Below, one piece after another: positions 18,601 to 27,123 of a stretch of DNA of 42,505 nucleotides; position 1 is the first letter of the stretch; every line of letters begins with the position of its first letter. The notes below the pieces were generated by a model. It ran no database searches. It saw only the letters and a program-made list of their open reading frames with translations, and had not been told where the DNA came from. The DNA is taken from positions 1 through 42,505 of the IMG/VR virus record IMGVR_UViG_3300044676_005109; one strand, written 5' to 3'. Made by a program: the position numbers and the translations under genes. The stretch comes from a virus (taxonomy: Duplodnaviria; Caudoviricetes).

Positions 18601-21075
18601 GAGTGGAACGATGCTACCCGGTCTTGGAAAGGCGGTAATGCCAGAGCGCAAGTTCTGAACTCTCTTGCCAGCCGGTTTGATACCTTCACTCAGGGTACTC
18701 TAAAAGAGCTGCGTGATGGTGGCCTGATCTCTGCTCAAGATTTCAATACCCTGTCCAGATACTATAAGTATTACGCCCCACTCAAAGGCAAAGTGGTTGA
18801 GGACGATGTGTCTTCAGAGCTTTCCCAAGGATCTACCGGGATAGGTGGCAGCTATACCATTGTTGGTCAGGATGTTAAGACCGCTATGGGTAGACAGAGC
18901 GAGGCGTTCTCACCCTTATCCACAGCTATCTCTGACAGAGAAAGGGCTATAGTCAGGTCTGCTAAGAACAAAGAGATTGGTCAGAATCTGGTTCGTTTGA
19001 TACGGGCTAACCCTAACCCAGAGTTCTGGGAAGTCATAGACAAGAACAATCCAATCTACAAGAGAGCGTTCAAGACTAGGTATGTGTACGCTGGTAACGA
19101 CCCATCTATCCCGGTTGGCACAGTTCGATCCGATCTGTCTGGCGTCAAAGACAAGAACGCTTGGTTCAAGAAGAAGATTGTAGAACCTTCTGCGGCATCA
19201 CCTATCCTTCGCAATGATTTGCTTGGCGTCAAGATGGACGGTGAGCAGGTATACATAGATATTCGCGGTGATGACAGGCTCAAGAAATCATTGATGAATC
19301 TTGATGCTGACACTATGGGTTTCCTGACTAAGACTTTAGGAAAGGCAAGTAGGTTCCTGTCCTATGTCAACACAAGTCTCAACCCTGAGTTTGTTGTCGG
19401 TAACTTTGTTAGGGATATACAGACAGCGATAAACAATATCGTTGGTGAGCAGACTATGGCGGGAGGCAAGGCGCTGAACACCAAGGGTCTCAAACGTGCT
19501 GTCGTAAAGGACACTGTACCTAGCATCAAGGACTTCTATAAAGGCTACCGGAATAGTAAGAACAGAACAGCCGAACAGATCAAAGACTTTGATGAGTACA
19601 TAAAGTCCGGGGCCAAGACAGATTGGTTTGTTTCCAGACCGCCAGATCAGGTATCAAGCAACATAGATAACCTGATCGAGATGCAGAAGGGTACGTTCAG
19701 CGGTAGCTTCAGAAAAAGATACGAAGGCGTCAGAGACTTTGTTGATGACATCAACTCTGCTGTTGAGAACGGTGTTCGTTTTGCTACCTTCAAGAAAGCT
19801 AGAGATTTATTTGTTGAGAACGGCGTTCCAAGAGATGAGGCCATAGCTAGGGCGGCAACTCTTGCCAAGAACCTGACCGTAAACTTCAACAGGAAAGGGG
19901 AAGCAGGTAATCTCCTCAACAGTCTCTACATATTCTTCAACGCTTCAGTACAGGGTACGGTCAACTTTGCCCGTGGCTTGAATGTGTTCGACCCAGAGTC
20001 ATCAAGAACCAAGCAGGCTATGGTTGGTTCTATGATTGGGTTCGGTGCTTTGATAGCGTACATGAACTCTATCCTGAGTGATGACGATGAAGAGTCTGAG
20101 CGATCTTATTACTCTCAGATCCCAGCGTTTGAGAAAGAAAGAAACATCATAGTCATGAAGAACATCTTTGATCCTGACGCAGCGCCCGATCAGTACTACA
20201 AGATCCCGTTGCCCTATGGATACAATGTATTCCACGTTCTCGGCACATCCATTATAGATTCTATGACAGGCGCTCAGTCTAAAGAGGAGGCCGCTGCTTC
20301 CTTGGTCACCTCGTCACTGGGTTCTTTCTCTCCTATAGGTTTTGGCACTTCAGATAATTACTTTAACTCTATAGTGAGAGGAATTACTCCGAGTGTCGGA
20401 CAGCCTTTTGTAGAGATACTCGCTAACGAAAACTACTTTGGTTCTCCGGTCTACTCGGAAAGCCAGTACGGTCAGGATATTCCAGCTAGTCAGATGGCAT
20501 TCCGCACTACACCTGAGGTATTCAAGCGGTCTGCCCAGATGCTGAATGCAATATCTGGCGGTGATGAGAGCGAGGCTGGCATTTTAGATTTCTCCCCTGA
20601 CACTATGAATCACCTATTCAAGTTTGCTCTCGGTGGTACAGGAGCTTTTGCTGTAAGAAGTATGAGCGCGTTGGAAAGAGGTCTTATGGATCTTGATGTC
20701 ACGCCTAATGACGTTCCTTTTTATAGGAGGATTGTCGGAGAGGTAAATGACTTCGACCAACAGACAGACTTCTATGACAGAAGAGACACCATTGCTGCTA
20801 AGTACAGACAGTCCCAGATTGAGACAGGTGTAAACAGAAGGAGCTATGCCAGACAGAATAAAGACTATCTGCGGCTTCGACCTGTAATGAACACTGCTGA
20901 AAGAAGAATAAGGGCTTTGAATAAGAGGCTAGATATGTTGCAGCAGAAGGCAGCTAACTCAATGATTGATGCTGTAACTTTCGCCCAAGAGCAGGAGAAG
21001 ATACAGGATGAGAAAGCTGCCATCTACAAGCAGTTTAATCGCAGGTATGATTCTCTTATTGGCAGGAACCAATAA
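12667..21075 (+). CDS. large polyvalent virion protein (zincin peptidase, two effector-like domains, LPD38-like C-terminus)
   Basis: 2802 aa; HEMVH...EEAVA metallopeptidase motif; AYRPGWH domain; LSPQ..W/KVRNFYNNI/VTIDTHA domain; TVNFNRKG, FFNASVQG, IPLPYGY and N.NYFG.PVY C-terminal motifs. Confidence 0.85.
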   Translation: MKFDYEKAREAGYSDQQIASFLSPKLNFNLEDALSSGYQYEQIVPFLVNKFGEDDTSVLGQIAETAKGVPRGFANTFLSAGEGLAEMADAATNFVGYEDLIDSGEENELVRLAREGKDYINQTLGADERYEDKWLTKLGDAVGSFAGFFVPGGALKAVGAGSKLIGGSSLALATSSGAGEQAQRIQMAREQGIEVSQDQEDKAIGLGGLIGTSEVLAPLSLLKKFRRLPDKEADTLFSQLAGAVKTGLAEGTQEATAGALQSAVEKYTYNENLPLGETLYDQVIEDASLGGAAGVIADLALGSFARRVRSGAATEAEFERERQLRAEEEARIAEERQAVSDYIAQEDRTNAEAVVNAEETLMLPAPTPVDLRTDEDQVGYASNISNSLNYNFPTATSFSFRTNEITDPETGEITGANYTIVDDLGNTYGASPITTREAAATVAGRLNDKLLDRTLSRSIRDTLETSPTSYDQRATETLLRIGNRVLNPRSNLITDVELNAAATETVDPRVEEDRRRLYIESLPLDQALYYLQQGPQQNRAKSKAEMMRLLSPAQRINLRRRDQGLPETKFFTVQEARRELKDSFGNLANKKFESPEVREKIDQLQNARTYINPEISKNITPAQIQKLLNEKNIASDINSPEIDALARSFVGVKSVADMNVGDRRVFFKKIQSLPRLDDSTKLPVFQLKPFTNAQFVASVEAVNTTGDFSNETIAEAAQIKPDDPRYESKIESIRKELRKQRVIRSGKIPVYDRRIKAEAEQIPLAEEVDTVVEEEITPEVVEETEAQVVSPDVLERIRSSLKSYLDSKGLKDVMLNVDHSLRNVVMDAEGNLRYGIRRRRLDDEYESGPVSDLDTIFIRDEFAPEESEGFYSRQINGIFLAADRLANFEGMTEEQMQSELASILNHEMVHAMRNLDLWTESEWKILSNAAAKIKNNKGQTYLDEAKEYYPDVIPTIQVEEAVANLIRGTINGNTKVGGKPRTLINKMFDFFERISNFLRGSGYKSFNDILADIESGVVGGRERGVVRTPRRVAEEADLENFWNTDSDISYSRTKAPKKTQKAYKLFRIDPEQPGKLFPLYVDSKTPVPMREWVAATDGGYSFVADNGKRYAPAKTGVSRPVSRKVAKELYKRGYVKSPDAKSITAVAYRPGWHSGDLPSSQHIGGISVNSVGRKKDFRQNDQVWAEIEVADDRSDYWQDLANSRASTVKSGPRKGMLNLGEAHLTNEGEIPRGGYYRYKTNPEMEGNWLISGEIKINRVLSDAEVKKLNRDAGRTPDLPRIKKGLGNKSGPRLDPRDVVYSRKSAPKAVSNIFPTAKRRTVDPTETVLVSDFQEYMKDAPFKKNMEIVKGYDDLRKDRNLRTDEQKAVAFVDHIKNNLLYLFDSVPPDVRTRSAKWYEGANKLMQNLADKHGIDLSQASALAANLSPQKDWYMNASLAERTADIFFEKADETFTPEMEKKAKELYIDGKAVSASKKKINQKVLDGIKGKSLSDLIAEDAPPVMQAMWVRTYDQTYNSPSYRIVSPEGDYLQYAKKKDGTNARVAWGSFTEIAKGIKALLDPDIKSVSTSLGEANKVRNFYNNIYDPSSELGFVTIDTHAVGAGLLRPVSGDSDQVSANFGTLKGSSNSSITGYRGLYPFYEEAYKQAAAERGVLPREMQSITWEAVRGLFSPSYKASDKNVEFVNNVWRDYNRKKIDLDEARERILNHAGRITDPDWTRSDSGELAEDATSSYESQLPSTGVPGQTGQLPAGGGRRGDVAARTTEESNVLAAQKSEATNRESQRLKVRNHVDVLESRRSPGSVASATTYENLKTEAENRAYNAGDYASPMSFETPTYTYQEAGLSGPARGFLYQVADKLLGLKMVEDSINRNRRKAGQKEIPTLASPYKGEERVAGIVGGKVRDFDLNELQPFVQAMVDNDVSRKEMDDFLILRHAIERNARIRSINPAIREAGAGMLDGQALTDSYVKSKMASLYGMEWNDATRSWKGGNARAQVLNSLASRFDTFTQGTLKELRDGGLISAQDFNTLSRYYKYYAPLKGKVVEDDVSSELSQGSTGIGGSYTIVGQDVKTAMGRQSEAFSPLSTAISDRERAIVRSAKNKEIGQNLVRLIRANPNPEFWEVIDKNNPIYKRAFKTRYVYAGNDPSIPVGTVRSDLSGVKDKNAWFKKKIVEPSAASPILRNDLLGVKMDGEQVYIDIRGDDRLKKSLMNLDADTMGFLTKTLGKASRFLSYVNTSLNPEFVVGNFVRDIQTAINNIVGEQTMAGGKALNTKGLKRAVVKDTVPSIKDFYKGYRNSKNRTAEQIKDFDEYIKSGAKTDWFVSRPPDQVSSNIDNLIEMQKGTFSGSFRKRYEGVRDFVDDINSAVENGVRFATFKKARDLFVENGVPRDEAIARAATLAKNLTVNFNRKGEAGNLLNSLYIFFNASVQGTVNFARGLNVFDPESSRTKQAMVGSMIGFGALIAYMNSILSDDDEESERSYYSQIPAFEKERNIIVMKNIFDPDAAPDQYYKIPLPYGYNVFHVLGTSIIDSMTGAQSKEEAAASLVTSSLGSFSPIGFGTSDNYFNSIVRGITPSVGQPFVEILANENYFGSPVYSESQYGQDIPASQMAFRTTPEVFKRSAQMLNAISGGDESEAGILDFSPDTMNHLFKFALGGTGAFAVRSMSALERGLMDLDVTPNDVPFYRRIVGEVNDFDQQTDFYDRRDTIAAKYRQSQIETGVNRRSYARQNKDYLRLRPVMNTAERRIRALNKRLDMLQQKAANSMIDAVTFAQEQEKIQDEKAAIYKQFNRRYDSLIGRNQ
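17789..17977 (+). CDS. overprinted 62-aa protein nested in the +1 frame of the polyvalent gene
   Basis: AGAGGA RBS 9 nt before the ATG; globular-looking product, while the host frame over the same bases is a low-complexity linker. Confidence 0.65.
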   Translation: MPDVSQIPTGQDPIVESLRKMQLPVTRANYLALAYPDRPDNSPLGAEEEAMLPPELQKNQTS

Positions 21076-21487
21076 CAGTAAACTCAGATAGCGGGATGTA
21101 GCAGCAAGGGTCTATGTCCTGCCAATCTCCCCGGTCTCTTCTTCCCCCCATAGCCACTTTGTACTCGCAATGCAGCAGGTCACATCGGGCTATCTTGTCT
21201 GTCCATCTGACTATCAGGAAAGTCTCCTTACCTGACGCACCAAACAGCAGTTTTGACCACATCATCTTCGACAAACTGATCATGAATGTGGGGTATTTGT
21301 CCATCTCAAAGGTGCGACACTTCAGTTCCAAAAAGGCTCGGATCTGATTGTCTCTCTCCGCCACATAGTCTAGGTGATACTGTAGCGGCAGCTTGTGTAA
21401 TTCGCAGTTCCATCTGTTAGAGATCTCGTCAGCAAGCTGACTCTCCCTCTTCAGATCCTCTTCCGTCTCGTACATTTTTCTCGTCAT
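21056..21487 (-). CDS. PD-(D/E)XK-type nuclease-like protein
   Basis: Y.LDY...FLELKCR motif; GGR.DR.D..D.DP tail; GGAGAGG RBS. Confidence 0.7.
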   Translation of the reverse strand: MTRKMYETEEDLKRESQLADEISNRWNCELHKLPLQYHLDYVAERDNQIRAFLELKCRTFEMDKYPTFMISLSKMMWSKLLFGASGKETFLIVRWTDKIARCDLLHCEYKVAMGGRRDRGDWQDIDPCCYIPLSEFTVIGSCQ

Positions 21488-21567
21488 CTAACCTCTCCAA
21501 AAGTATTTCCATAAGCTCTTCGATATCCTTCATCTTGCCAAGCACGATCTGTGCTTCTTCTTCAGAG

Positions 21568-22005
21568 CTAAACTTGATTGTAATTTCCATTGGCATTTCT
21601 CAAGGGAGGAGGAATAGAGAAGCCCATCTCTCCTGCCACAATTATCAGTTGTTCTATCAGCATCCCGTAGGTCTCGGTGTTGGTGTCGGCACTGCGCTTT
21701 GCTGGCCTTCTCCTGTCACCGAACTTGGTTGCCACTATCTGTGACCCAAAGCATCTGCACAATAACTCATCGTGCATCTCCTCCTCTGTGAGTCCGACAA
21801 ATTCTCCGAAGGCTCTGACCCACTTGCGATAATAACCTTCCTGAGATCGGCTCCTAGAGTCTCTGTGTCGGGATACTTCAACACAGACACCCTTATCGCA
21901 ACGCTTCAGCAGCTCCATCAGCTCCTCAATCCTGTCTGGTTCGGCGTGTGCAGCCATCACCATTATCCTGTCGAGGTCTTCAGGCGTATCGATCTTGAAC
22001 TTCAC
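21568..22005 (-). CDS. NinB-like recombination accessory protein
   Basis: RSRSQ.GYY.KW, E.H..L, S....T......IE pattern. Confidence 0.65.
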   Translation of the reverse strand: MKFKIDTPEDLDRIMVMAAHAEPDRIEELMELLKRCDKGVCVEVSRHRDSRSRSQEGYYRKWVRAFGEFVGLTEEEMHDELLCRCFGSQIVATKFGDRRRPAKRSADTNTETYGMLIEQLIIVAGEMGFSIPPPLRNANGNYNQV

Positions 22006-22331
22006 AGCTTGATCACCTCATCATTGACCCGGCGTATCAGGGTCTTGATTACAAGGAACAGGAACTGCTCAGACTGATCGATGTCTCTCATGTACTGGTT
22101 GTCAAAGGTGCTGACATCATACTGGTCAAATTTGGAATGACACTTCACGCACAGGTCAGCGATACAAAGGTCATGCCCCTTGATGCCTTTGCCTTTTCCG
22201 AATGCGTGTTGCCTCATGCCCGAGTAGTGTGCAGCAACCACGGTGTCATCTCTGACACCGCAGTTGACACAGCTTTGCCCTTTGGCAGCAGCAAGTAGCT
22301 TCTTAGAACGAATGTTAGAAGGGGATGTCAT
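22002..22331 (-). CDS. Zn-binding YbcO/DUF1364-like (HNH-like) protein
   Basis: RSKKLL.AA.G..C..C, VVAAH, G.GIK..D...A..C..CH..FD. Confidence 0.75.
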   Translation of the reverse strand: MTSPSNIRSKKLLAAAKGQSCVNCGVRDDTVVAAHYSGMRQHAFGKGKGIKGHDLCIADLCVKCHSKFDQYDVSTFDNQYMRDIDQSEQFLFLVIKTLIRRVNDEVIKL

Positions 22332-22755
22332 CGTCTATGAAGTCACTTGAAGGTGTTGGTGCAGCTTGTGGGGCTGGCTGCTGCACTGGAGGCGGAGGTG
22401 GAGGAGCAGGTTGATACTGCGGCTGCTGTTGTTGCGGCTGCTGATATTGCTGCTGCTGTCCCTCTGGCTTGTAGTAAACCTCACTACTGATAGAGATGTA
22501 TGGCGCGCCTCCTGCCTTTGGGGTTTTCTCCCAAGCAGACAGTTGGATTGTCATCTCTTTGCCATCCTTCGCCATCTGAATCAGAAGCTTCATCATCTCT
22601 GGGGTGAGCTTGATGTTGCCTGAATAGTCTGGCTTCCGCTTGTAATCTGCGGATGCCGCTTGTGTGTTACGGATAGAGCAGACCTGACCCCCGTCTTGCT
22701 TTATCCAGAGACCCCCGTCTTTACTCTGAGGGTACTGAGTTTTCTGCTGTTGCAT
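22315..22755 (-). CDS. single-stranded DNA-binding protein
   Basis: PDYSG core, Gln/Pro linker, acidic DDDIPF tail; adjacent to the annealase gene. Confidence 0.8.
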   Translation of the reverse strand: MQQQKTQYPQSKDGGLWIKQDGGQVCSIRNTQAASADYKRKPDYSGNIKLTPEMMKLLIQMAKDGKEMTIQLSAWEKTPKAGGAPYISISSEVYYKPEGQQQQYQQPQQQQPQYQPAPPPPPPVQQPAPQAAPTPSSDFIDDDIPF

Positions 22756-23407
22756 TGTTTACTCCTTGCTGTTGAACAAATTTCTTTGTGTGTCCGCTGA
22801 CCCAAACCTTAAAGCTTGCCTTGGCTTCAGGGTCTAAACTTTCGGCCACATAATTGTGAGCATTCAGCAGATCAAGAATCTGCTTCTTGCTTGTTGCCTT
22901 CTCGATCTCTCCTTCAAGCTGCTCCTTTGTCAGGAATGTAAACTCCTGATCATCTTGCTCAGAAAGCTGACCGGGAACGGAATCATCTATCCCGCCATCC
23001 GACTTCCTCCAGAGCTTGATGCCAAGACCATACATACCTAGACACTTTACTAGGCATCTCATCCTACAGTCTTGTATCTGCCTGCTTGTTGGATTGACCA
23101 AAGACTTCTTGGCTCTACCAGACTCCATAACCGGGAGCCACATCGTGCGTTCGACGTAGTCCTCATGCGTCATGTCATCTGACAGGTGAACCCTGACGGT
23201 GCAGTTAACCATCACTGTGCCGTTGGGGTAGTGAGTCTCTGGGTGAAACTCATAGAAACTGTTTGGATATCTTGTGACAAACAATGCCCAAGCATCCGCC
23301 CAGCTTAGGTAGCTGTTACCGTCATAACCTGTTTCAAGCATTCCATCTAGGTCAAGACCGTAAAGCTTATCCCATATCTCTCTTACACTAGTTCGAGACA
23401 CGCCCAC
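22721..23407 (-). CDS. Sak/Rad52-like single-strand annealing protein (DUF1071-like)
   Basis: YLSWA.AW, G.VMV.CTV, MWLPVM and MRCLVK...GLG motifs. Confidence 0.85.
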   Translation of the reverse strand: MGVSRTSVREIWDKLYGLDLDGMLETGYDGNSYLSWADAWALFVTRYPNSFYEFHPETHYPNGTVMVNCTVRVHLSDDMTHEDYVERTMWLPVMESGRAKKSLVNPTSRQIQDCRMRCLVKCLGMYGLGIKLWRKSDGGIDDSVPGQLSEQDDQEFTFLTKEQLEGEIEKATSKKQILDLLNAHNYVAESLDPEAKASFKVWVSGHTKKFVQQQGVNNATAENSVPSE

Positions 23408-23603
23408 TCTCCTTTATCATCTTAGCTATCTCATTGCCGCTAAGTTTGTAAAAGAGAGAGACGCTTAGGTCTATGTTGGTTCTGATATTGTTTACAAATA
23501 TCGCCACTTTTTCCCCCTCTATTACAAGCTTGATGGCATCCTTTTTAAACTGACCCATAATGCCTATGGCCTTCCTGAAGAAGTCCTCGTCCTGTTCAAT
23601 CAT
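23388..23603 (-). CDS. hypothetical protein
   Basis: ATG at 23603 with GGAGG RBS; fills the gap between exonuclease and annealase. Confidence 0.65.
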   Translation of the reverse strand: MIEQDEDFFRKAIGIMGQFKKDAIKLVIEGEKVAIFVNNIRTNIDLSVSLFYKLSGNEIAKMIKESGRVSN

Positions 23604-24465
23604 CTGACCTCCATTGATCACAGAATCCAGCGACCCGGCAATAATTCTGCTGACATCTGGTTGACTCACCCGGTCTGTGTTCAACGTAGAGTTTATCCGT
23701 TGAGTCCTCACAGAATTTGGTGGCGTCCTCCTCGTTGTCGAACAGTTTGATTGCCCTCTTCCTGCCCTTCTTCATTGCCGCCCACTTCTCTCCGCGCAGC
23801 CAGCGTTGCTTATCAGTACAGTGTGGGATATCTCCTCCCAACATATCCTGTAAACGTGCTTCAGCGTGTTCGTCCAGAAGGGTTTCGACAATTCTGTTTT
23901 GTTGCTCTTCATCTCTGATCGGGATATCTATAGTGACAATGGGGGACTGAGGATACTCTGCATTGTTATCCGCCTCCCGCTGTTTCCAATCCCGAAGCAC
24001 TGCAATGATCTGTAGGTCAGCGACACGCAGCTTCTTCACTGTGCGTACCAGCCAAGCATAGCAGTTGAGTTGATCGACCCACTCTTCTTTGCCATAGATT
24101 ACAGACCACACTGATGTGCATTTGTAATCGGCAATAGAGACCGTTCCATCAGGGTTAATCTTCTGGACATCAATGGCCCCAGAGACTTTCCAATCTTTGA
24201 ACGTGACGTGTAACCGCTCTTCCAATATGTAATCGTCCGACTCTTCAGCCTCGAATATATTGTGAACAGCAGTCCCCAGAACAGACCAGACCTTGTCACT
24301 CACATCCTCGGTCAATTCATCCCAGTGTTTCTTTCTCAAGATATTTATCCGGGGCGAATCAATCATAGTGGTCACGCTAATCTCAGCGTCACCCATTGAG
24401 TAACTGTCTTTGGATAGTGCCTTGTATACAGGCTCTGGCAGGTTGTGGTTATTGGTTATTTTCAT
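23596..24465 (-). CDS. Cas4-like/PD-(D/E)XK exonuclease
   Basis: GTAVH, SGAID, IADYK, QLN.Y, and a C-terminal RC..YC.V..FC.QW Cys cluster. Confidence 0.85.
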   Translation of the reverse strand: MKITNNHNLPEPVYKALSKDSYSMGDAEISVTTMIDSPRINILRKKHWDELTEDVSDKVWSVLGTAVHNIFEAEESDDYILEERLHVTFKDWKVSGAIDVQKINPDGTVSIADYKCTSVWSVIYGKEEWVDQLNCYAWLVRTVKKLRVADLQIIAVLRDWKQREADNNAEYPQSPIVTIDIPIRDEEQQNRIVETLLDEHAEARLQDMLGGDIPHCTDKQRWLRGEKWAAMKKGRKRAIKLFDNEEDATKFCEDSTDKLYVEHRPGESTRCQQNYCRVAGFCDQWRSDD

Positions 24466-24773
24466 GTGATCCTGAAGACTCTGCAACCGCCTTCTTCACG
24501 ATGCACTGTGTACCGCTTGCCGTTGGCTTTGTTGTTTTTAGTACTGGCCTGCGACCTCACGTTGCTCTCAGACATATTGTCCTCGGGTACGAACACACTG
24601 TCCCCGGTCTCCATCTTGTCGAACGGTATCGGAGAGGATGCTCTCTTCGGTACGGGTATATCTTTTTCAATTTCCAAACTCATGCGGTATTCTCCATATT
24701 GAATACTGTCAGAGAAGTCAGGGAGGTTGCCTGACTCCTGCTGATCTAGAACATAACTACCAATCTTACTCAT
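24462..24773 (-). CDS. hypothetical small protein (IEK.IP.P...PFDKME.GDS family)
   Basis: ATG at 24773 with GGAGG RBS; a second in-frame ATG at 24683 has a GGAG RBS. Confidence 0.7.
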   Translation of the reverse strand: MSKIGSYVLDQQESGNLPDFSDSIQYGEYRMSLEIEKDIPVPKRASSPIPFDKMETGDSVFVPEDNMSESNVRSQASTKNNKANGKRYTVHREEGGCRVFRIT

Positions 24774-24792
24774 ATCAAAACCTCCAGAGGCG

Positions 24793-24821
24793 ATACTAAT
24801 GTTGCGTAATATTGATGTCAA
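24793..24821 (-). promoter_or_regulatory. sigma70-type promoter of the recombination operon
   Basis: Minus strand reads TTGACA-17 bp-TAGTAT, 20 bp upstream of the ATG at 24773. Confidence 0.7.
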
Positions 24822-25191
24822 CGCTAATATCATTTATGAATGTTGTGTCAAAGGGGAGCCTGCATCCAAGGCTAACAGTCGGCGCTTCGTTCAGATAAAG
24901 GGCAGGCCGTACTTCATCAAGTCAAAGAAGGCTCTGGATTATGTGAAGACCTTCGAGGCTCAGGCTGAGAAGCTTGAGGAGTTGATTGAGTGTGATGTCG
25001 CTGCTCACATAACCATTCATTACAAGTCGCGCAGGCCGGATCTGGATGAGTCAGTCATCCTCGATTGCTTGCAGGGGGTTGCATATAAAAATGACAGACA
25101 GGTCAAAGAGAAACACATCTACTGGGCGCTCGACAGAGATGAACCCAGAGCCGTCATTAGGCTCGTTGCTATCGAAGGAGATAGCGCGTAA
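24799..25191 (+). CDS. rusA: RusA-family Holliday junction resolvase
   Basis: GEPASKAN, RRPDLD...ILD.LQG..Y.NDRQV, D...PR motifs. Confidence 0.85.
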   Translation: MLRNIDVNANIIYECCVKGEPASKANSRRFVQIKGRPYFIKSKKALDYVKTFEAQAEKLEELIECDVAAHITIHYKSRRPDLDESVILDCLQGVAYKNDRQVKEKHIYWALDRDEPRAVIRLVAIEGDSA

Positions 25192-25429
25192 GCTTATTGA
25201 TCGAAGCTTGCGGGATCTTTGTTTGGCGGATGAGGCAGAAAAAGCTTTAGAGTTTTTTGTCTCGGACGATCTAAATAAACACTGTGTGGATGCCGGGGTT
25301 GATGCCGATTGGGTCAGAAAATCGGCGCTTGAAATGGCGAAGCACAGTAAAATACAACGTCAATATTTATTGAAAGGGATACTTAAGAAATTGAAGGGGT
25401 CAAGATGGGGGTCATCGAAGAAGCCATAG
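25139..25429 (+). CDS. hypothetical protein
   Basis: Fills the gap between rusA and the primase; A..FF.S.D....C..AGVD...VR pattern; start uncertain. Confidence 0.6.
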   Translation: MNPEPSLGSLLSKEIARKLIDRSLRDLCLADEAEKALEFFVSDDLNKHCVDAGVDADWVRKSALEMAKHSKIQRQYLLKGILKKLKGSRWGSSKKP

Positions 25430-27123
25430 AGCAAATCTATGACGATTGCAGGATTGTCTGTCCGAAGTGTGGTCATGACAGGAAAAAGAAAAACGTCAAA
25501 ACTTTGTCGGTCACCGTCAAGAATGACGCCAAGCTATATCACTGTCACCACTGCTACGCTTCCGGCGCAGTCAGAATAAAGTCACTTTACGAACAACACT
25601 CTCAACCTAAAGTTGTTCACATCCAAACCACTAGGGACAATGCCGTGCTAGAAGAGTTCCTTTCGAGCCGGGGCATCCCTATGTCTGCGGTTCAGACTGA
25701 GGTTATTACTGGGGAAAAGTATTTCAATGGCGGCGGTAACCTACCGGCTGTCGGTTTTGTGTACGCATCTGGGGCTGAAAGGGCCGTAAAATGGCGCTCT
25801 ACTGAAGGTAAATACTTTACCCAAGACGGTGCTGCCAGATGGCTATATGGTATCGAAAAGGTATCAAAAGAGGACGATCAACTGGTCATCTGTGAGGGTG
25901 AGGTTGATGTGCTGGCACTGTCTGCTGCTGGGGTGACCGCTGTGTCCTGTCCTAACGGAGCGCCACAGAAGGTTAGCAATAATAAGATAGACCCAGAGGA
26001 GGATGGCAAGTTCAGCTACCTCTGGGACGCCAGAGAAATCATCACGACCATCCCCAAGATTGTACTGGCTACCGATGGTGATCAGGCTGGTGAGGCTCTA
26101 GCTGAGGAGATAGCGAGACGGGTAGGCCGGGCTAAATGCTGGCGCGTAACCTTCCCTGAGGGATGCAAGGACAGTAATGATGTGCTGCTAAAGCACGGCT
26201 CTGAGTTCCTGTCAGACTTGATAGCTAACCCCACACCGATGCCCCTGAAAGGCGTGTATTCTGCACAGGATTACGCTCTTGAGGTTGAGCATATCTACAC
26301 CGAGGGCGTGGGCAACGGCCTGTCTACTGGGATAGCCAGTGTTGATGACCTGTTCACTGTCTCTGAGGGCCAGCTATCTATCGTCACTGGTCTGCCCAGT
26401 TCAGGTAAGTCTGAGTTCATCGATCAGGTCATGATTAATATGGCCCAGCAGCACCACTGGAAGTTTGCAGTGTGCAGCTTTGAGAACCCGCCCCACTTTC
26501 ACATAGCCAAGCTTGCCGAGAAGATAGTCGGCAAACCTTTCTTTGAGGGGAAGAGTCCGCGCATTGAAAAGCATGAGCTTGATCATGCTATGAAGTTTAT
26601 TGATGAGCACTTTGTGTTTCTGGATCAGAAGGATGGAGTGGTTGCCACGATAGACAGCATCATTGACCGGGCGAAGCAGGCGGTACTCAGGCTGGGCGTC
26701 CGGGGTCTGGTGATAGATCCATATAACTACATCGAACAGGACGGGACTGAGGAGCATACCTCCATCTCTGCGATGCTGACCAAGGTCACGACATTCTGCA
26801 AAGCCCACGGTATACACTGCTGGTTTGTTGCACACCCTGCCAAGCTATATCCCAAAGAGGATGGAACCTATCCTGTACCGAAGGGCATGAGCATCAGCGG
26901 ATCTGCGGCTTGGTTTGCCAAGGCGGATCTCGGTGTGACTGTACACCGAGGTGAGGATGATGTTGAAGTTCACTGCTGGAAGTGCAGATTCAAATGGGTA
27001 GGCAAGCAGGGCGTGACAAATCTGGATTACGATCTGTTGAGTGGTAGGTATTCTGATAAGCCTCGGGTCAAAGAGTATGCCCCGGACGCTAAGGTGAATT
27101 GGTATGACCAAGTCGATATCTGA
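25405..27123 (+). CDS. bifunctional DNA primase-helicase (T7 gp4/Twinkle-like)
   Basis: Zn finger CPKC...CHHC, TOPRIM ICEGE.D and ATDGD, Walker A GLPSSGKS, Walker B VIDP, VAHP. Confidence 0.92.
   Translation: MGVIEEAIEQIYDDCRIVCPKCGHDRKKKNVKTLSVTVKNDAKLYHCHHCYASGAVRIKSLYEQHSQPKVVHIQTTRDNAVLEEFLSSRGIPMSAVQTEVITGEKYFNGGGNLPAVGFVYASGAERAVKWRSTEGKYFTQDGAARWLYGIEKVSKEDDQLVICEGEVDVLALSAAGVTAVSCPNGAPQKVSNNKIDPEEDGKFSYLWDAREIITTIPKIVLATDGDQAGEALAEEIARRVGRAKCWRVTFPEGCKDSNDVLLKHGSEFLSDLIANPTPMPLKGVYSAQDYALEVEHIYTEGVGNGLSTGIASVDDLFTVSEGQLSIVTGLPSSGKSEFIDQVMINMAQQHHWKFAVCSFENPPHFHIAKLAEKIVGKPFFEGKSPRIEKHELDHAMKFIDEHFVFLDQKDGVVATIDSIIDRAKQAVLRLGVRGLVIDPYNYIEQDGTEEHTSISAMLTKVTTFCKAHGIHCWFVAHPAKLYPKEDGTYPVPKGMSISGSAAWFAKADLGVTVHRGEDDVEVHCWKCRFKWVGKQGVTNLDYDLLSGRYSDKPRVKEYAPDAKVNWYDQVDI

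Noticed and set aside
24802-24830. Plus-strand promoter TTGCGT-17-TAATAT for rusA
   Set aside because: It lies downstream of the only plausible in-frame rusA ATG, and the next ATG (24836) is out of frame. It could be chance or serve downstream genes.
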